Origin: an uncultured Chloroflexia bacterium
GTDB taxonomy: Bacteria > Chloroflexota > Chloroflexia > Thermomicrobiales > UBA6265
Reading direction: 5' to 3'
DNA: 64,000 bases
Assembly: GCA_963849635.1 (NCBI GenBank)
Contig: CAWKIA010000036.1
Location: forward strand, 81,923-145,922
The position numbers and the translations under genes were made by a program. Below are positions 1 to 10,364 of the stretch, in pieces (position 1 is the stretch's first letter; each line of letters starts with the position of its first letter). The notes under the pieces were generated by a model. The model made no database searches. It was not told where the DNA came from and was given only the letters and a program-made list of their open reading frames with translations.

Positions 1-1
1 T

Positions 2-1387
2 GGAGGCACCTGGTGGTGGGACTTCCGGCACCGGGCCGAGTCTGAACGCGGACTCGGCGACCACGGGGATCTCTTCGCACCCGGCGTGTTCGTCGACCGG
101 CTCGAACCGGGGCAGACGGTTGCGCTTATCTACTCGACAGAGCAGCAACCGGACCTGGATGCGCGCGCGTCTCTGGCCGCGGCCAAAGAGCGCCTGGGAA
201 CGCTCCTCGTCCGGGCAGACGCACAAGACGCGGACCCGGTCGTTCAACAGTTGGTACTCGCCACAGACCAGTTCCTTGTCTCGCGCCCTCTGCCAGACAA
301 TCCGGATGGGCGATCGGTGATCGCTGGCTACCACTGGTTCAACGACTGGGGCCGCGACACGATGATCTCCCTCCCCGGTCTCACCCTGGCGACGGGCCGC
401 GCCGACGAGGCAGGTTCGATCCTGCGTACCTTCGCCGAGTTCCTCGCCGACGGACTCCTCCCGAACAACTTCCCCGACCACGCCGGCGTCATCCCCGGCT
501 ATAACACCGCCGACGCAACGCTCTGGTACGTCATGGCGATCCGCGCCTACCGTGAGGCTACTGGCGAAGATCGCCTCGTTGCGGACTTGCTGCCGGTCTT
601 GCAAGAGGTCATCGAACGTCACCGAGCCGGGACGCGTTATGGCATCGGAGTTGACCCCTTGGACGGCCTGTTGCGGGCTGGGGAGGCGGGGGTGCAGCTG
701 ACCTGGATGGACGCCAAGGTCGGTGACTGGGTTGTCACTCCTCGGATCGGGAAACCCGTGGAGATAAACGCCCTCTGGTACAACGTCTTGCGGACCGTGG
801 GCGACTTCCTTCGCTCCGCTGGCGACGTCGGCGGCGCTGATCGCTACGGGACGTGGGCCGACGACGTCCGCAGCGCATTCCGTGCCCGTTTCCTGCGTTC
901 CGACCTCGACCATCTCGCCGACGTGGTTGACGGGCCGGATGGTGACGACTGGACGGTCCGGCCGAATCAGGTCTTTGCCCTGTCGCTCCCCTATCCGCTT
1001 CTCGAGGGCGACGATGCCCGGATCGTCCTCGACGCAATAGGTCGTTCCCTGTTGACCAGCTTTGGCCTGCGCTCGCTTTCTGCTGACGACCCCTCCTTCC
1101 GCGGCACCTACGGTGGCGACCAGGTCCAACGCGACGGGTCCTACCACCAAGGTCCGGTCTGGAGCTGGCTGCTGGGCGCGTATGCGGAAGCTCGCTACCG
1201 GCTCGACGGCGACCGTGCCGCGGCGCTCGCAGTCCTTCGCCCGATCGGCGACCACTTGCGTGACGGCGGACTCGGTTCGGTGTCCGAGATTTTCGAAGGC
1301 GACCCGCCACACCTGTCCAGGGGATGCATTGCCCAGGCCTGGGGAGTTGCCGAAACTCTGCGGGTGTTTCGGATGGTGAGCGCCTAA
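2..1387 (+). CDS. Glycogen debranching enzyme (amylo-alpha-1,6-glucosidase, GDE_C family); 5' end lies before the window
   Basis: Frame open from base 2; motifs AGYHWFNDWGRDTMI, QLTWMDAK, SYHQGPVWSWL, SEIFEG and CIAQAW. Confidence 0.9.
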   Translation, partial: GGTWWWDFRHRAESERGLGDHGDLFAPGVFVDRLEPGQTVALIYSTEQQPDLDARASLAAAKERLGTLLVRADAQDADPVVQQLVLATDQFLVSRPLPDNPDGRSVIAGYHWFNDWGRDTMISLPGLTLATGRADEAGSILRTFAEFLADGLLPNNFPDHAGVIPGYNTADATLWYVMAIRAYREATGEDRLVADLLPVLQEVIERHRAGTRYGIGVDPLDGLLRAGEAGVQLTWMDAKVGDWVVTPRIGKPVEINALWYNVLRTVGDFLRSAGDVGGADRYGTWADDVRSAFRARFLRSDLDHLADVVDGPDGDDWTVRPNQVFALSLPYPLLEGDDARIVLDAIGRSLLTSFGLRSLSADDPSFRGTYGGDQVQRDGSYHQGPVWSWLLGAYAEARYRLDGDRAAALAVLRPIGDHLRDGGLGSVSEIFEGDPPHLSRGCIAQAWGVAETLRVFRMVSA

Positions 1388-1410
1388 GGCGAGACTGCGG
1401 TGCCGCTCCA

Positions 1411-2217
1411 ATGGATCAGACGGCGAAACTAAGCAATTTCGACCTGTTCATTCTCGCGTTATCGGTGTTCTCGTTGGTCAACATCGTTTGGTTATTCGTG
1501 CCGTTGCCCGAGCAAATTATTCGCGTCGTCTTAATCATCGACTCTCTCTGCACCATCGCCTTCCTCATCGACTTCTACCTACGGCTTCGCCGGGCACCCG
1601 TGAAGTCGTTCTATGTCCTCCGCCAAAAGGGATGGCTGGACCTGATCGGCAGCTTCCCATTTCCGGTCCTCCGCTTGGCCCGGGTTTTTCGGATGCTCCT
1701 CGTCTATCGACGGTTGCGAAACGACGGTGGAGAGGCCGTCCTGCGGCGAATGGTTGCCGACCGCGCTGGCAGTGCCCTTCTGTTCGCCGTGTTTTTGACG
1801 ATCGTGGTGCTCCAGTACGCGAGTATGGCCATTCTCTGGGCAGAGTCGAACGACGCCGACGCAAACATCCGGACGGCATCGGACGCGGCCTGGTGGTCCT
1901 ACGTCACGATCACCACCGTCGGGTATGGCGACCGCTACCCGGTAACGGAATGGGGTCGGTTGGTGGGCGTCCTCTTGCTGTCGACTGGAGTCGGCTTGTT
2001 TGCCGTGATCACCGGTTTTCTCGCCAACACGTTTCTGGCGCCCCGGCGGGCCTCGGCGAAGGACGAAGCTGCCAAGCTGGATGCTCTGGACAGCAAGTTG
2101 CGCCAACTGGATGAGTTGATCGAGCGGCTCCGCCCCATAGTGCCGAATCCCACCCCGCCGGACGATGGTGAGGTGAAACCGAGATATTCGCCGGATCGCC
2201 AGGAGGCAACGCCATGA
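1411..2217 (+). CDS. Voltage-gated-type potassium channel (6TM ion transporter)
   Basis: TTVGYGD selectivity filter; Arg-rich S4-like helix RLARVFRMLLVYRR; ATG at 1411. Confidence 0.88.
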   Translation: MDQTAKLSNFDLFILALSVFSLVNIVWLFVPLPEQIIRVVLIIDSLCTIAFLIDFYLRLRRAPVKSFYVLRQKGWLDLIGSFPFPVLRLARVFRMLLVYRRLRNDGGEAVLRRMVADRAGSALLFAVFLTIVVLQYASMAILWAESNDADANIRTASDAAWWSYVTITTVGYGDRYPVTEWGRLVGVLLLSTGVGLFAVITGFLANTFLAPRRASAKDEAAKLDALDSKLRQLDELIERLRPIVPNPTPPDDGEVKPRYSPDRQEATP

Positions 2218-3578
2218 CGCCCGACACGAGCAGCGCTACGACCAGTACTCCTGACGTTCGCTGGAAGCGCTGGCTCCGTCGAATCCTGCTCTTCGTCTCG
2301 TGCGTCTGCCTCGTGCTCGCGGTGATCACGCTCTGGTTGCATATACAGATCGACAATACCGATCGGTTCGTCCGGACCGTCGAACCGGCCGCATCTGACA
2401 CCGCGATTCAAGAAGCCATCGTCGACACGCTCACCAATCGTTTCTCCGCACGCCTGAGTGAGGCGCAGGCACGGGACGGAGTCGTGGATCTGCCGGACTT
2501 TCTCGCCGGATCGCTCAACCAGACGCTAACCGACTTCGTTGAGGAGACCATCCGCTCGGTCGTAACCTCTGATCAATTCCAACCGTTTTGGACCGAGGCG
2601 ACCCGGGCCATCCATCCGCCACTGTCTGCGATCCTGACCGGGGACGAAACCGACAACATGACGACCGAGGCCGGGGTAGTCGTGCTCGATCTCACCCCAC
2701 TTGTGGAAGCTGTGCAGAATCGACTCACCGAACAGGGTATCGACATCTTCGAGAGGCTTCCAGGTGACAGGGTGGACGATTCAATCGTCCTGTTCGATTC
2801 CCCTGATCTGGCCAAAGTCCAGGAAATCATTCACGTACTATTTTCGCTCGCCGTGCTCTTCCCGATCATTGCCCTCGTCACCCTGGGTGGGTACCTGTGG
2901 CTGTCGCACGACCGGCGGAGTGGGACCCTCTGTGCCGGTCTCGCCGCGGCCACGTCAATGGCGATGCTCCTGCTCCTCCTGTCCGTGGCTCGCTGGCGGT
3001 ACCTTGACGGGGTGAGCGCCGATGTCAGCCAAGATGCGGCCGCGGCCCTGTTCGACATCATCGGCAGGTACCTACGAGCGGCCATCCGGCTCATCGCTCT
3101 TCTCGGTCTCGTGGTTGCGGGAGTCGCGGTTGCTACCCGGCCGGGAGGCTGGGTGGCGCGCCAGTTCGGCGAGGTCAGGCGGCGGACGGCGGGAGGTAGA
3201 CAGGTCGATCAAACCTTGGCCGAAGGGAACCTCCATGTCCTGTTAGGAGCCATGCTCGCAGTCATCTGCCTTTGTCTCATCACACCTGAACGCTTATCGC
3301 AGGACTGGTGGCGAGCGACCTTGTTGGCCGCCGTCCTGAGCCTGGCGGTGATCCTGATCCCGTCTCGCTTCGGGAATCGTGTTGAGCCCGCATCCCCTGT
3401 CGATCCTGGACCAAAATCCCTCCAGCTTGTCCCGAACCTGCCACCCGCCACCGGAGTCACTGGAGGTGCGTCGGCCGGCGCCGATCCCGCGACCGGGGCG
3501 AGACTGGACCCACCGGCCGCACCCGCGCTCGAACTCTCTGACGCCGATCGCGAGCTCCGGGAACCTTCTACCGAGTAA
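2214..3578 (+). CDS. Hypothetical multi-pass membrane protein with a large extracytoplasmic domain
   Basis: 454 aa ORF with ATGA overlap to the channel gene; N-terminal TM helix, soluble domain, about 5 C-terminal TM helices. Confidence 0.75.
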   Translation: MTPDTSSATTSTPDVRWKRWLRRILLFVSCVCLVLAVITLWLHIQIDNTDRFVRTVEPAASDTAIQEAIVDTLTNRFSARLSEAQARDGVVDLPDFLAGSLNQTLTDFVEETIRSVVTSDQFQPFWTEATRAIHPPLSAILTGDETDNMTTEAGVVVLDLTPLVEAVQNRLTEQGIDIFERLPGDRVDDSIVLFDSPDLAKVQEIIHVLFSLAVLFPIIALVTLGGYLWLSHDRRSGTLCAGLAAATSMAMLLLLLSVARWRYLDGVSADVSQDAAAALFDIIGRYLRAAIRLIALLGLVVAGVAVATRPGGWVARQFGEVRRRTAGGRQVDQTLAEGNLHVLLGAMLAVICLCLITPERLSQDWWRATLLAAVLSLAVILIPSRFGNRVEPASPVDPGPKSLQLVPNLPPATGVTGGASAGADPATGARLDPPAAPALELSDADRELREPSTE

Positions 3579-3705
3579 TGCCCCGGCAGCCCCGTTCTTT
3601 CGCCGGGTAGACGGGACGATATCCTCTCGCATTCGCTTCGACGATCGTGATAGGACCCCCAGCCGAGACTACTGGAAGAGGACAACGGATTGTGCGGCGA
3701 CCCGG

Positions 3706-4434
3706 TTACGCAATAGGTAACTGGATTGCGTCGAAGATGCCGACGGCGAGCATGACGCATGACAAGGCGATCAGCGCCATACTCGCCGGCATCCACCGTA
3801 TACGAGGGGCAATTCCCGCGAAGAAGAGAACCGTTGCCAGGAGAACCGTGTTGAACACGTATTCTTCGCTGTAATGTTTGCTCTCTTCACCTGCCGCGAA
3901 GGCGGCCTGAGCCTCGGCGTTCAAATTTTCCGAATTGATGGTCTCCGGGAGACGGTATTCCGGCATCACGAACGGGGATGGAGGCGCGTCCGGATTTGAA
4001 AGTGGTGTCATCGCCATCCAGGCGTCGAACGCCGGCTTGAAATCACGGCGGAAGCGTGCCACGTAAAAGTCGGCGAGTTCGGTTTCACCTGTCGCGTAAG
4101 CATTGATGTAGTTGGTAAACGTCGTGACGTCGATAGTGGAAAACTGCATCGAAAGGGTGCTCTGGCGCGTCGATTCGGTCAGCAGCGCCGTGGCGTTGGC
4201 ATACTTCGATGACTGATCACCGTTCCAATGATGTGCCTGATACGCGCTCCATGCCGCCACGAGTGATGCGATAGCAAGCATTCCGACGAGTACCGCATCG
4301 ACGGCGGGTTCCCATTTGACCCACCGATGCGCTTCCGTCGTTTCCGAACCGTCGGCGGTCGTATTCGACCCGTGACTGCGGCGACCTCGGTGTGGCACAT
4401 CCAGATGGGCGCCCCCACCGCCATGCGCTGCCAT
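3706..4434 (-). CDS. Hypothetical membrane protein (DUF4337-like architecture)
   Basis: LAIASLVAAWSAYQA TM segment, F.PAF.AW...P..NP.APPSPF.MPEY motif, two C-terminal TMs; start uncertain. Confidence 0.7.
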   Translation of the reverse strand: MAAHGGGGAHLDVPHRGRRSHGSNTTADGSETTEAHRWVKWEPAVDAVLVGMLAIASLVAAWSAYQAHHWNGDQSSKYANATALLTESTRQSTLSMQFSTIDVTTFTNYINAYATGETELADFYVARFRRDFKPAFDAWMAMTPLSNPDAPPSPFVMPEYRLPETINSENLNAEAQAAFAAGEESKHYSEEYVFNTVLLATVLFFAGIAPRIRWMPASMALIALSCVMLAVGIFDAIQLPIA

Positions 4435-4645
4435 GGCTGTCGTCCTCTTTGTTCGCCGTATGGCGCTCCATTGCCGGACCCAGTTGCCTCAAACGACATC
4501 TCGCCCTGGCTGACGGATGGTCGGTCGTGTAGGCCTTTTCCATGGATTATCGGGAAAAGGCAAAACCAGTAGCCGTTGGCTGGACGGTTACTGGCGTTGC
4601 CCCGAATAGGGAGGAGTGTTTGAGATTGGGACGCAATCCGGTGTC

Positions 4646-5236
4646 TTACGAGGACGTGCCGCTATCCGCTTTTGCGTCCGACGTTGCTTGCGCTGGCTCC
4701 TCGGCTGACTTCGTCGCCAGGATTTCGACGGTGTCGCCAGTTTCAGAATCGGCTGCGGCGATCAGGAGGGCGGCATCCTCAGCGTCGACGCTCATCCTTG
4801 AGAGTCGCTCGTAGCCCTCAATCGCCCGGGTGTACTGCTCGATCCAAGTGTCTTCGATGACCGCGATGATGGCCGATTGGCCAGGCTTCAGTTCCTCGCC
4901 GAACTCCTTGAGCTCGTCGTTCTTCATCCCCTGGTCGGTGAATCGGCCGAGTACGCCGCCGGCGACTGCCCCGACGACCGCTGAGACCAGGATCGACGGG
5001 GGGAAGATCGCACCGACGATGCCGCCGATGACCGCCCCGCGACGTCGTCCCTTCTTGGGGGTCAACTCCTTGACCTCGTTGATCTTGAGCTTACCGTCGG
5101 GCTGCTTCACGAGGACGGCGGCGTCGAGGATGTCGATCGTGCCGTCCTTGTCCATCCGCTTTAATCGATCCAGGCACTGGTTCGCCGTGTACTGATCCGA
5201 GAAGGACGCCGCGATAAGTTCTACCTGTTGAATCAT
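4646..5236 (-). CDS. DUF1269-like glycine-zipper membrane-associated protein (paralogue 1)
   Basis: DAAVLVK..DGKLKI, GAVIGGIVG zipper and L.PG.SAI motifs; strong RBS (AGGAGA). Confidence 0.82.
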   Translation of the reverse strand: MIQQVELIAASFSDQYTANQCLDRLKRMDKDGTIDILDAAVLVKQPDGKLKINEVKELTPKKGRRRGAVIGGIVGAIFPPSILVSAVVGAVAGGVLGRFTDQGMKNDELKEFGEELKPGQSAIIAVIEDTWIEQYTRAIEGYERLSRMSVDAEDAALLIAAADSETGDTVEILATKSAEEPAQATSDAKADSGTSS

Positions 5237-5317
5237 GGTCCTACTCTCCTTTCGAATCCGCGCAATGGCAGACCCAGACCGACCTCACCGCATGGTGCGA
5301 GGAATGACCTACCCCGA

Positions 5318-5560
5318 TCAATGGTGCGCGTTGTGGGTGGACTTCGATTGTTTCCGCCAGTAGTTGTCCCGTTGGTGCTCGTACTTCGACCCCTTCTTCG
5401 CCGGCATGATCGCGCCGAACAGCCAGAGTAGCGGCATGAGGAACCCGATGTAGAAGAGGACCTTGCGTCCCTTCCTGTATGTGGTGAGGCCGATGGTGAA
5501 GACGACCGCAAGATAGATGAAGCCAAAAATGGTGAAGAGGATCACGTCACTCGTGCTCAC
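5318..5560 (-). CDS. Small membrane protein, 'PAKKGS' family (paralogue 1)
   Basis: GTG start after AGAGGAGAG RBS; T..KG...G...P.LWL.GA..PAKKGS.YE shared with 17631 and 55115. Confidence 0.8.
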   Translation of the reverse strand: MSTSDVILFTIFGFIYLAVVFTIGLTTYRKGRKVLFYIGFLMPLLWLFGAIMPAKKGSKYEHQRDNYWRKQSKSTHNAHH

Positions 5561-5614
5561 ACGCTCTCCTCTCGGTTGCGTAGGTGTTGAATTACTGGCT
5601 TGGCGTACCACCGC

Positions 5615-5662
5615 ACGCTACGGTGCGCGCGGTCGTATCAGCATCCTTCCAAGGGCGTATTC
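5615..5662 (-). promoter_or_regulatory. Regulon promoter element, site A
   Basis: GAATACGCCCTT-GGAA-GGATGC-TGATACGACCGCGCGCACCG-TAGCGT. Confidence 0.8.
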
Positions 5663-5817
5663 CCCCGGGGTGGCTCACCAGCGAGGATGTCCGGGCACGC
5701 GGGACCTGAGTCGCGAGAAAGGTGCCGAATCGCAAGCACAACGTGAAAACACGTGGCCGCGCGACCGAGGCGGCCGCGGCTGCCCTTTCCCGCGTCTTGA
5801 TCTGCACTCAGGATCGA

Positions 5818-6696
5818 TCACATCACGTCGAATACCCCGGCCGATCCCTGCACGGCGGCGGGCTGACCCGTCGTCTTGCTGACGGTGAAGACTACGACCC
5901 CGTAGGTGCCAGGCTGGAGATCGAGTGACACCCAGACGGTTTGGCCGGACGAAACCAACGTGCACACGCCGACAACTGGAGCAGTTGCGAGATCGACGGT
6001 GCCCGGTGCAGGAGTAGCCGACGGCCCCTGATTAATGGACTCGACAAACTGCTCGATCGTGGTCCCGTCGGGCAGCTGCATCGCGACAACCGATTGCGGC
6101 GCGGCCGTGATGTTGGAGATTGCCCAGATGGCGGGACCGCTCGATTCCGGGGTTGGTAATCCCTGAAGCGGCCCGTCGCCGATGGTGATGTCCCAAGTCG
6201 CGGTTATATCCGAGGTGGCGATCGGAGTCGCCTCACCGGAGACGGTGAACTGCGTGCTCGGAACGTCTGGAATGCTGGTCCAGACGCCCCAATCGCCAGC
6301 GGTTAGCTCGACGACGGCTTGCGCGGACTCTCCCGCGGCGGCGTACGGACCACCGGCGAAGACGGAGTTGTAAACCCAACTCGGTAGTGCCTCGCCCGCA
6401 TTCGAGATGTTGGCGGAAATTTGGTCGGCCGTCTCCCCAGTGGGAACGATCATGATGTTCGGCCCAGCAGCGTCGGATGGCAGGCTGTTGACGAAGTTAA
6501 CGAGGGTCCAGCCGGCGTTGAGTTCGGCGGGCTCGACGGTGAATCCCGACTCGGTGAGCGTGATGTCGAGCTCTGGCAGATCGAGGCTGGCGAAGGCATT
6601 GCTCTCCTGCGCCAACACCGCTCGACCACGCGAAAGTGAACCAGTCGCGACCAGGGCGAACACGCCCGACGCCTTGATCAACGCTCGGCGATGCAT
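5818..6696 (-). CDS. Tat-exported hypothetical protein with two beta-sandwich (cupredoxin-like) repeats
   Basis: MHRRALIK twin-Arg signal with AVLA cleavage site; repeated ..L.AG.W / L.PG.Y motifs. Confidence 0.7.
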   Translation of the reverse strand: MHRRALIKASGVFALVATGSLSRGRAVLAQESNAFASLDLPELDITLTESGFTVEPAELNAGWTLVNFVNSLPSDAAGPNIMIVPTGETADQISANISNAGEALPSWVYNSVFAGGPYAAAGESAQAVVELTAGDWGVWTSIPDVPSTQFTVSGEATPIATSDITATWDITIGDGPLQGLPTPESSGPAIWAISNITAAPQSVVAMQLPDGTTIEQFVESINQGPSATPAPGTVDLATAPVVGVCTLVSSGQTVWVSLDLQPGTYGVVVFTVSKTTGQPAAVQGSAGVFDVM

Positions 6697-6791
6697 CGGT
6701 TTCCTCCTACGTCAACGCCGCTCTCTACGCGGTGCCGCGCGACTCCTAATCCTCACCTCCGTCCCGCCCATTTGCGTTGTCGAATAGGATG

Positions 6792-6839
6792 AGCATAGGT
6801 ACCGGCCAGGAGTAAGGTCATCCGACAAAGGGCGTATTC
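6792..6839 (-). promoter_or_regulatory. Regulon promoter element, site B
   Basis: GAATACGCCCTT-TGTC-GGATGA-CCTTACTCCTGGCCGGTACC-TATGCT. Confidence 0.8.
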
Positions 6840-7196
6840 ACAGTACGGGGCCTTGTGGACTGCGTCATGGCTTCAATGGCGTCGTCTGGTGTCCGGAACG
6901 CTAAGCCAGTGCTGTTCCGGCGGCACCAGGAGCATGAGTGGAGACGGTCGTTTCTGCCGCGCGCCAGGTCGGCGGTGCCGCACGTAGACTCATGAGAGAC
7001 CTATGATGGAAGTCGGTACGGTGAACGCATAGTCGATGCTGGTTATCGCATTTACGGGCGCCTTGCCTGGGCGCATCAAGAGCGCACTGATCTGCAGACC
7101 CACGATTCGGGCGAGCGCCTGAAAGGCGGCCGAGTCCCCGAGCAAGGGCCCCTCAATCCTCCCTGACGGCAACTCAACCGCGGCGCTGCGAATGGC

Positions 7197-7244
7197 CGAT
7201 GCGTCTTTTGACCGATGCCGCTACGACCCCCGGCCCGGCATCAT
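7197..7244 (+). promoter_or_regulatory. Regulon promoter element, site C
   Basis: CGATGCGTCTTT-TGAC-CGATGC-CGCTACGACCCCCGGCCCGG-CATCAT. Confidence 0.65.
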
Positions 7245-7377
7245 CACGCTGATCGAATTGGAGTAGTTTGGAAAGATTCTAACTTAACTAGAGGCGGCGA
7301 TCTTCGCGGAGCTTCGACTCTCGTCACGAGATGGTTGTGGCGATCTGGACCGTCACCACCGGGTGGATTGGATCACC

Positions 7378-8565
7378 ATGCGCAAGACGGTCACGCCTAT
7401 CGTTGAGTCAGCCTCCGGCCGTCCGCATGCGGTTGGACGAGCTGCGCTTGCGATCGTCGCCAGCGTCGGTATGTTGCTCCTCATCATCAGAACGTGGGAA
7501 GCCCTGGCCCCATACATATTGGGTTTGACTATCGCCTATCTGCTCTTACCGCTGGTCCGTATGTTCGAGTCACGACTTCCCACGCAAGGCCGGCTCGGCC
7601 GTGCGCGCCATGCGATCGCCACAATGCTGACCTTCGTGGTACTGGTGATCTTCGTGGTGATTATGGCCAGAATTCTCCTTGACCCTATCGTCACCCAGAC
7701 AAAGGAAGTCTTCGGGTCGCTCTCAGCGTATTGGAACAGTATTCTCCTGGAGTACCCGACCTTTCGCTCCTGGTATCAGGACGTCGTGCCCTCCAATGTC
7801 CAGGTCTGGGCGCAAGATCATTTCGACGACCTCGGACGAGCGATCATCGAGACTGTCGTCGGCATGCTCAGGTCGCTCGTCACGTCTTTTGGCGGCGTTC
7901 TTAGCGGGTTCCTGGCTCTGGTCATGGTTCCGCTCTTCGTCGTCTACTTCGTCCTCGATTTGGATAGCATCGATACCCGTCTGCGGCGTCAGCTCCCCGC
8001 TGACTGGGCAGACGACGCAGTCGCCGTGGTGTCCATCTTCAACCGTATCTTCGGCTCGTACTCGCGCGGGGTGATCTTCGAGGCCGTCCTCGTTGGTTTC
8101 ATCACCGGGTTCGGGTACTGGGCGATCGGCGTCAATCTCTGGGCCGCCCTGGGGGTGATCGCGTTTGCCGGGGAAATTGTCCCGATCCTCGGACCGTGGA
8201 TCGCCTTCCTTATCTCGTTTCCGGTTATCCTCGCAACCCAGCCGGAAAGGGCGCTCCCGGCGATCGCACTCTTTGGCGTCATCCAACTGCTCGAAGGCTG
8301 GATCCTTGCACCGAGGATCCAGGGACACTCCGTCGATTTCTCCGCCTCCGCGACACTGATCATTCTGGCCATCGGAGGGGCGTTGGGCGGCGGACTTGGC
8401 ATTGTCATCTCCTTGCCAACCGCTGCGATCATCCGCGCCTTTATCGTGTATATAGACCGTCGGCTGTCGGGGATGACGCCGGCCGAGGCGGTCGTCGGCA
8501 TTGTCGCCGAGGTCAAGCCGCCCGCTGACGAAGGCGCACTCGATCTCCAGGAGGAACCACAATGA
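7378..8565 (+). CDS. AI-2E family transporter (UPF0118/PerM)
   Basis: AYLLLPLV, IVPILGPWI and IQLLEGWILAPRIQG motifs; about 8 TMs. Confidence 0.88.
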   Translation: MRKTVTPIVESASGRPHAVGRAALAIVASVGMLLLIIRTWEALAPYILGLTIAYLLLPLVRMFESRLPTQGRLGRARHAIATMLTFVVLVIFVVIMARILLDPIVTQTKEVFGSLSAYWNSILLEYPTFRSWYQDVVPSNVQVWAQDHFDDLGRAIIETVVGMLRSLVTSFGGVLSGFLALVMVPLFVVYFVLDLDSIDTRLRRQLPADWADDAVAVVSIFNRIFGSYSRGVIFEAVLVGFITGFGYWAIGVNLWAALGVIAFAGEIVPILGPWIAFLISFPVILATQPERALPAIALFGVIQLLEGWILAPRIQGHSVDFSASATLIILAIGGALGGGLGIVISLPTAAIIRAFIVYIDRRLSGMTPAEAVVGIVAEVKPPADEGALDLQEEPQ

Positions 8566-9152
8566 TCAGCCACCCCGTTGAACTTGCCGAACAGGAGAGG
8601 ATGGTCAGTCGTAACGACCAGCAGCATCTTGCGTTCGGCGGGGTCGGCCCGCAGGCAGCCGACAGTGGTGTAGGCGCAGCTCAGGCACCCCGCCGCGTCG
8701 AGGACGGCGCCGCGGACACGGTCGCTCGCCAGCGCGACTGGCTGAGGTGCAGGGCACCCGGGCCGCGGGTCTAGTTCGCGCTGCTCCCCCGGAAGCCGGG
8801 AGGACGCGTACCTACTTCAGCGGCACATCGGCGCGCGGTGCGGAGAGCGGCCGACGCGACTATTCCGAAGAGTCCTCACTCCGTGTCCGGCAGATCGGCA
8901 CACGTAGAAGCGGCCGACTCGTGTCGGCGGCAAGCGCGGCGTGAGGGTGAGGTAGCCTGGTGCTACACCCACCCCTGCGACGCTCTTGCCGCATTGCCGC
9001 GCATTTTGGGTGCATCCCGGATCGAGTTTGGCGGTAGCTACCACGCCGGAACGACTGGCCCGTTCGACCTATCGGCCCCACTTTGTCGGCGTCGCTTTCG
9101 CCGATTCGCGTTGCTGATCTACTCGTGGGACCGAGGTGCCTGCGAATCGGCG

Positions 9153-9614
9153 TTACCGGCGATCGCGGCGACGATCTCGGCGATTCATCCCCGCCACCGA
9201 AACGGGAGAAAGGGGATTGCCAAATGGATCGATAAAGAGCGAGCAGGCACCCGCGCTCGAGGGCAGTGTGCCGTCCAGAACGGTCGCCGCATAACTGAGA
9301 TCCGAACCAGCCAGGACCGGGTCGCTGATCTCTACGACGACGTCGCTCGGGAGAGCCTCACCCTGTCCAACGAACGCTAGCACCGCGTTAGGCGGGTCGG
9401 CCTTAAAGCTGTTTTCCCCGTCGTCCCACACCGAAACCAGCTGAGACGTGTGGATGTGACCGACTACTCGTTGCGGGCGATCGCTGAAGAAGAGCGTCGA
9501 CTCGCCGACGTTCTTTAGGATGAGGCGACCGTCGACCACCTCGGCGGCCGGTGCCACCTGTACGAACATCGCGTCAATTGCCCGGAGTTGCTCGTTTAGT
9601 TCGCTGTCTGTCAC
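9153..9614 (-). CDS. Conserved-looking hypothetical protein with Arg-rich C-terminus
   Basis: RBS GAGGAG before GTG; motifs MFVQ, TLFFSDRPQRVVGH, F.ADPPNA, CSLFIDP. Confidence 0.75.
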   Translation of the reverse strand: MTDSELNEQLRAIDAMFVQVAPAAEVVDGRLILKNVGESTLFFSDRPQRVVGHIHTSQLVSVWDDGENSFKADPPNAVLAFVGQGEALPSDVVVEISDPVLAGSDLSYAATVLDGTLPSSAGACSLFIDPFGNPLSPVSVAGMNRRDRRRDRR

Positions 9615-9747
9615 TTGGTGCTCCTCGTTGGGCAGGTCCCCCTAGAGTCCGTGTGCGCACAAGCGCGCGCAGCAGAATGCAACGGCGAAAGCCGTCTGGC
9701 GCGCTTGGGACAGGCGTCTCACCAGTTGCCAGGGGCGCGTGGACCGA

Positions 9748-9795
9748 ATGATCGGAGACAGGCGGTCGTAGTGTCGTCCCGCGAAAGGAGTATCC
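9748..9795 (-). promoter_or_regulatory. Regulon promoter element, site D
   Basis: GGATACTCCTTT-CGCG-GGACGA-CACTACGACCGCCTGTCTCC-GATCAT. Confidence 0.7.
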
Positions 9796-9987
9796 GGCTT
9801 GCATCACGAGCAAACTACAGCGCCGGGAAAACCAGGACCGCTGTTCCTGCCACGAACAGTCCGAATATGCCGATTGCCGCGAGGTGGTCGAGTCGCTGGG
9901 CGCGCGACGACGACCGGTACCTAGCGCACGACAGATCGGCCGCGCGAGGAGTTCGCGGTCACGTTGCAGGCCCCCTTTCGCCGATGT

Positions 9988-10299
9988 CTACAGTTTGCCC
10001 TTCGCCATCTCGGCCGACCATGACGCGGACCTGGCCAATTCGCGGAGTTCTTCGGCCCCGTGGTTGTGCCCGTCGTGGGGACGCTTGAAGAACAGGGTTA
10101 TGGAATTGCTGTCGGGTCGTCCGGGGGAGTTCACCGATACGAGTTCCCACTGCTTTCCGCCCATTGCCCCCAACATGAGGTCGAGCGCGCCCTTATGCGC
10201 GTCGTGATGCGCCACTTGGTCAGGACCTGCGTACTTAACGTCGATCCTCTCCTGCTCGTCGTCCTGGGTGACGACCGCGTACTCCCATGGATGGGTCAT
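9988..10299 (-). CDS. Small hypothetical protein (DUF4177-like)
   Basis: WEY...G...WELVSV...FFKRP pattern; RBS GAAGGA. Confidence 0.65.
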   Translation of the reverse strand: MTHPWEYAVVTQDDEQERIDVKYAGPDQVAHHDAHKGALDLMLGAMGGKQWELVSVNSPGRPDSNSITLFFKRPHDGHNHGAEELRELARSASWSAEMAKGKL

Positions 10300-10364
10300 G
10301 TTGCATCGTCCTTCTCGCGTTTCCGTCCGCTCCGTCCGCTCCGTCCGTGCGCCCAGGAAGCGCG

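Noticed and set aside
6990-7172. 60-aa ORF between sites B and C
   Set aside because: No RBS or recognisable motif; may be gene debris but cannot be supported.
8560-8760. Possible receiver-domain remnant on the minus strand (AVLD...LRADP...LLVVT)
   Set aside because: Resemblance too weak, and no start or RBS found.
10322-10348. Short tandem repeats (TCCGTCCGC x3 here; CGGGCAAG x3 near 22966)
   Set aside because: Low-complexity intergenic microsatellites with no supporting context.
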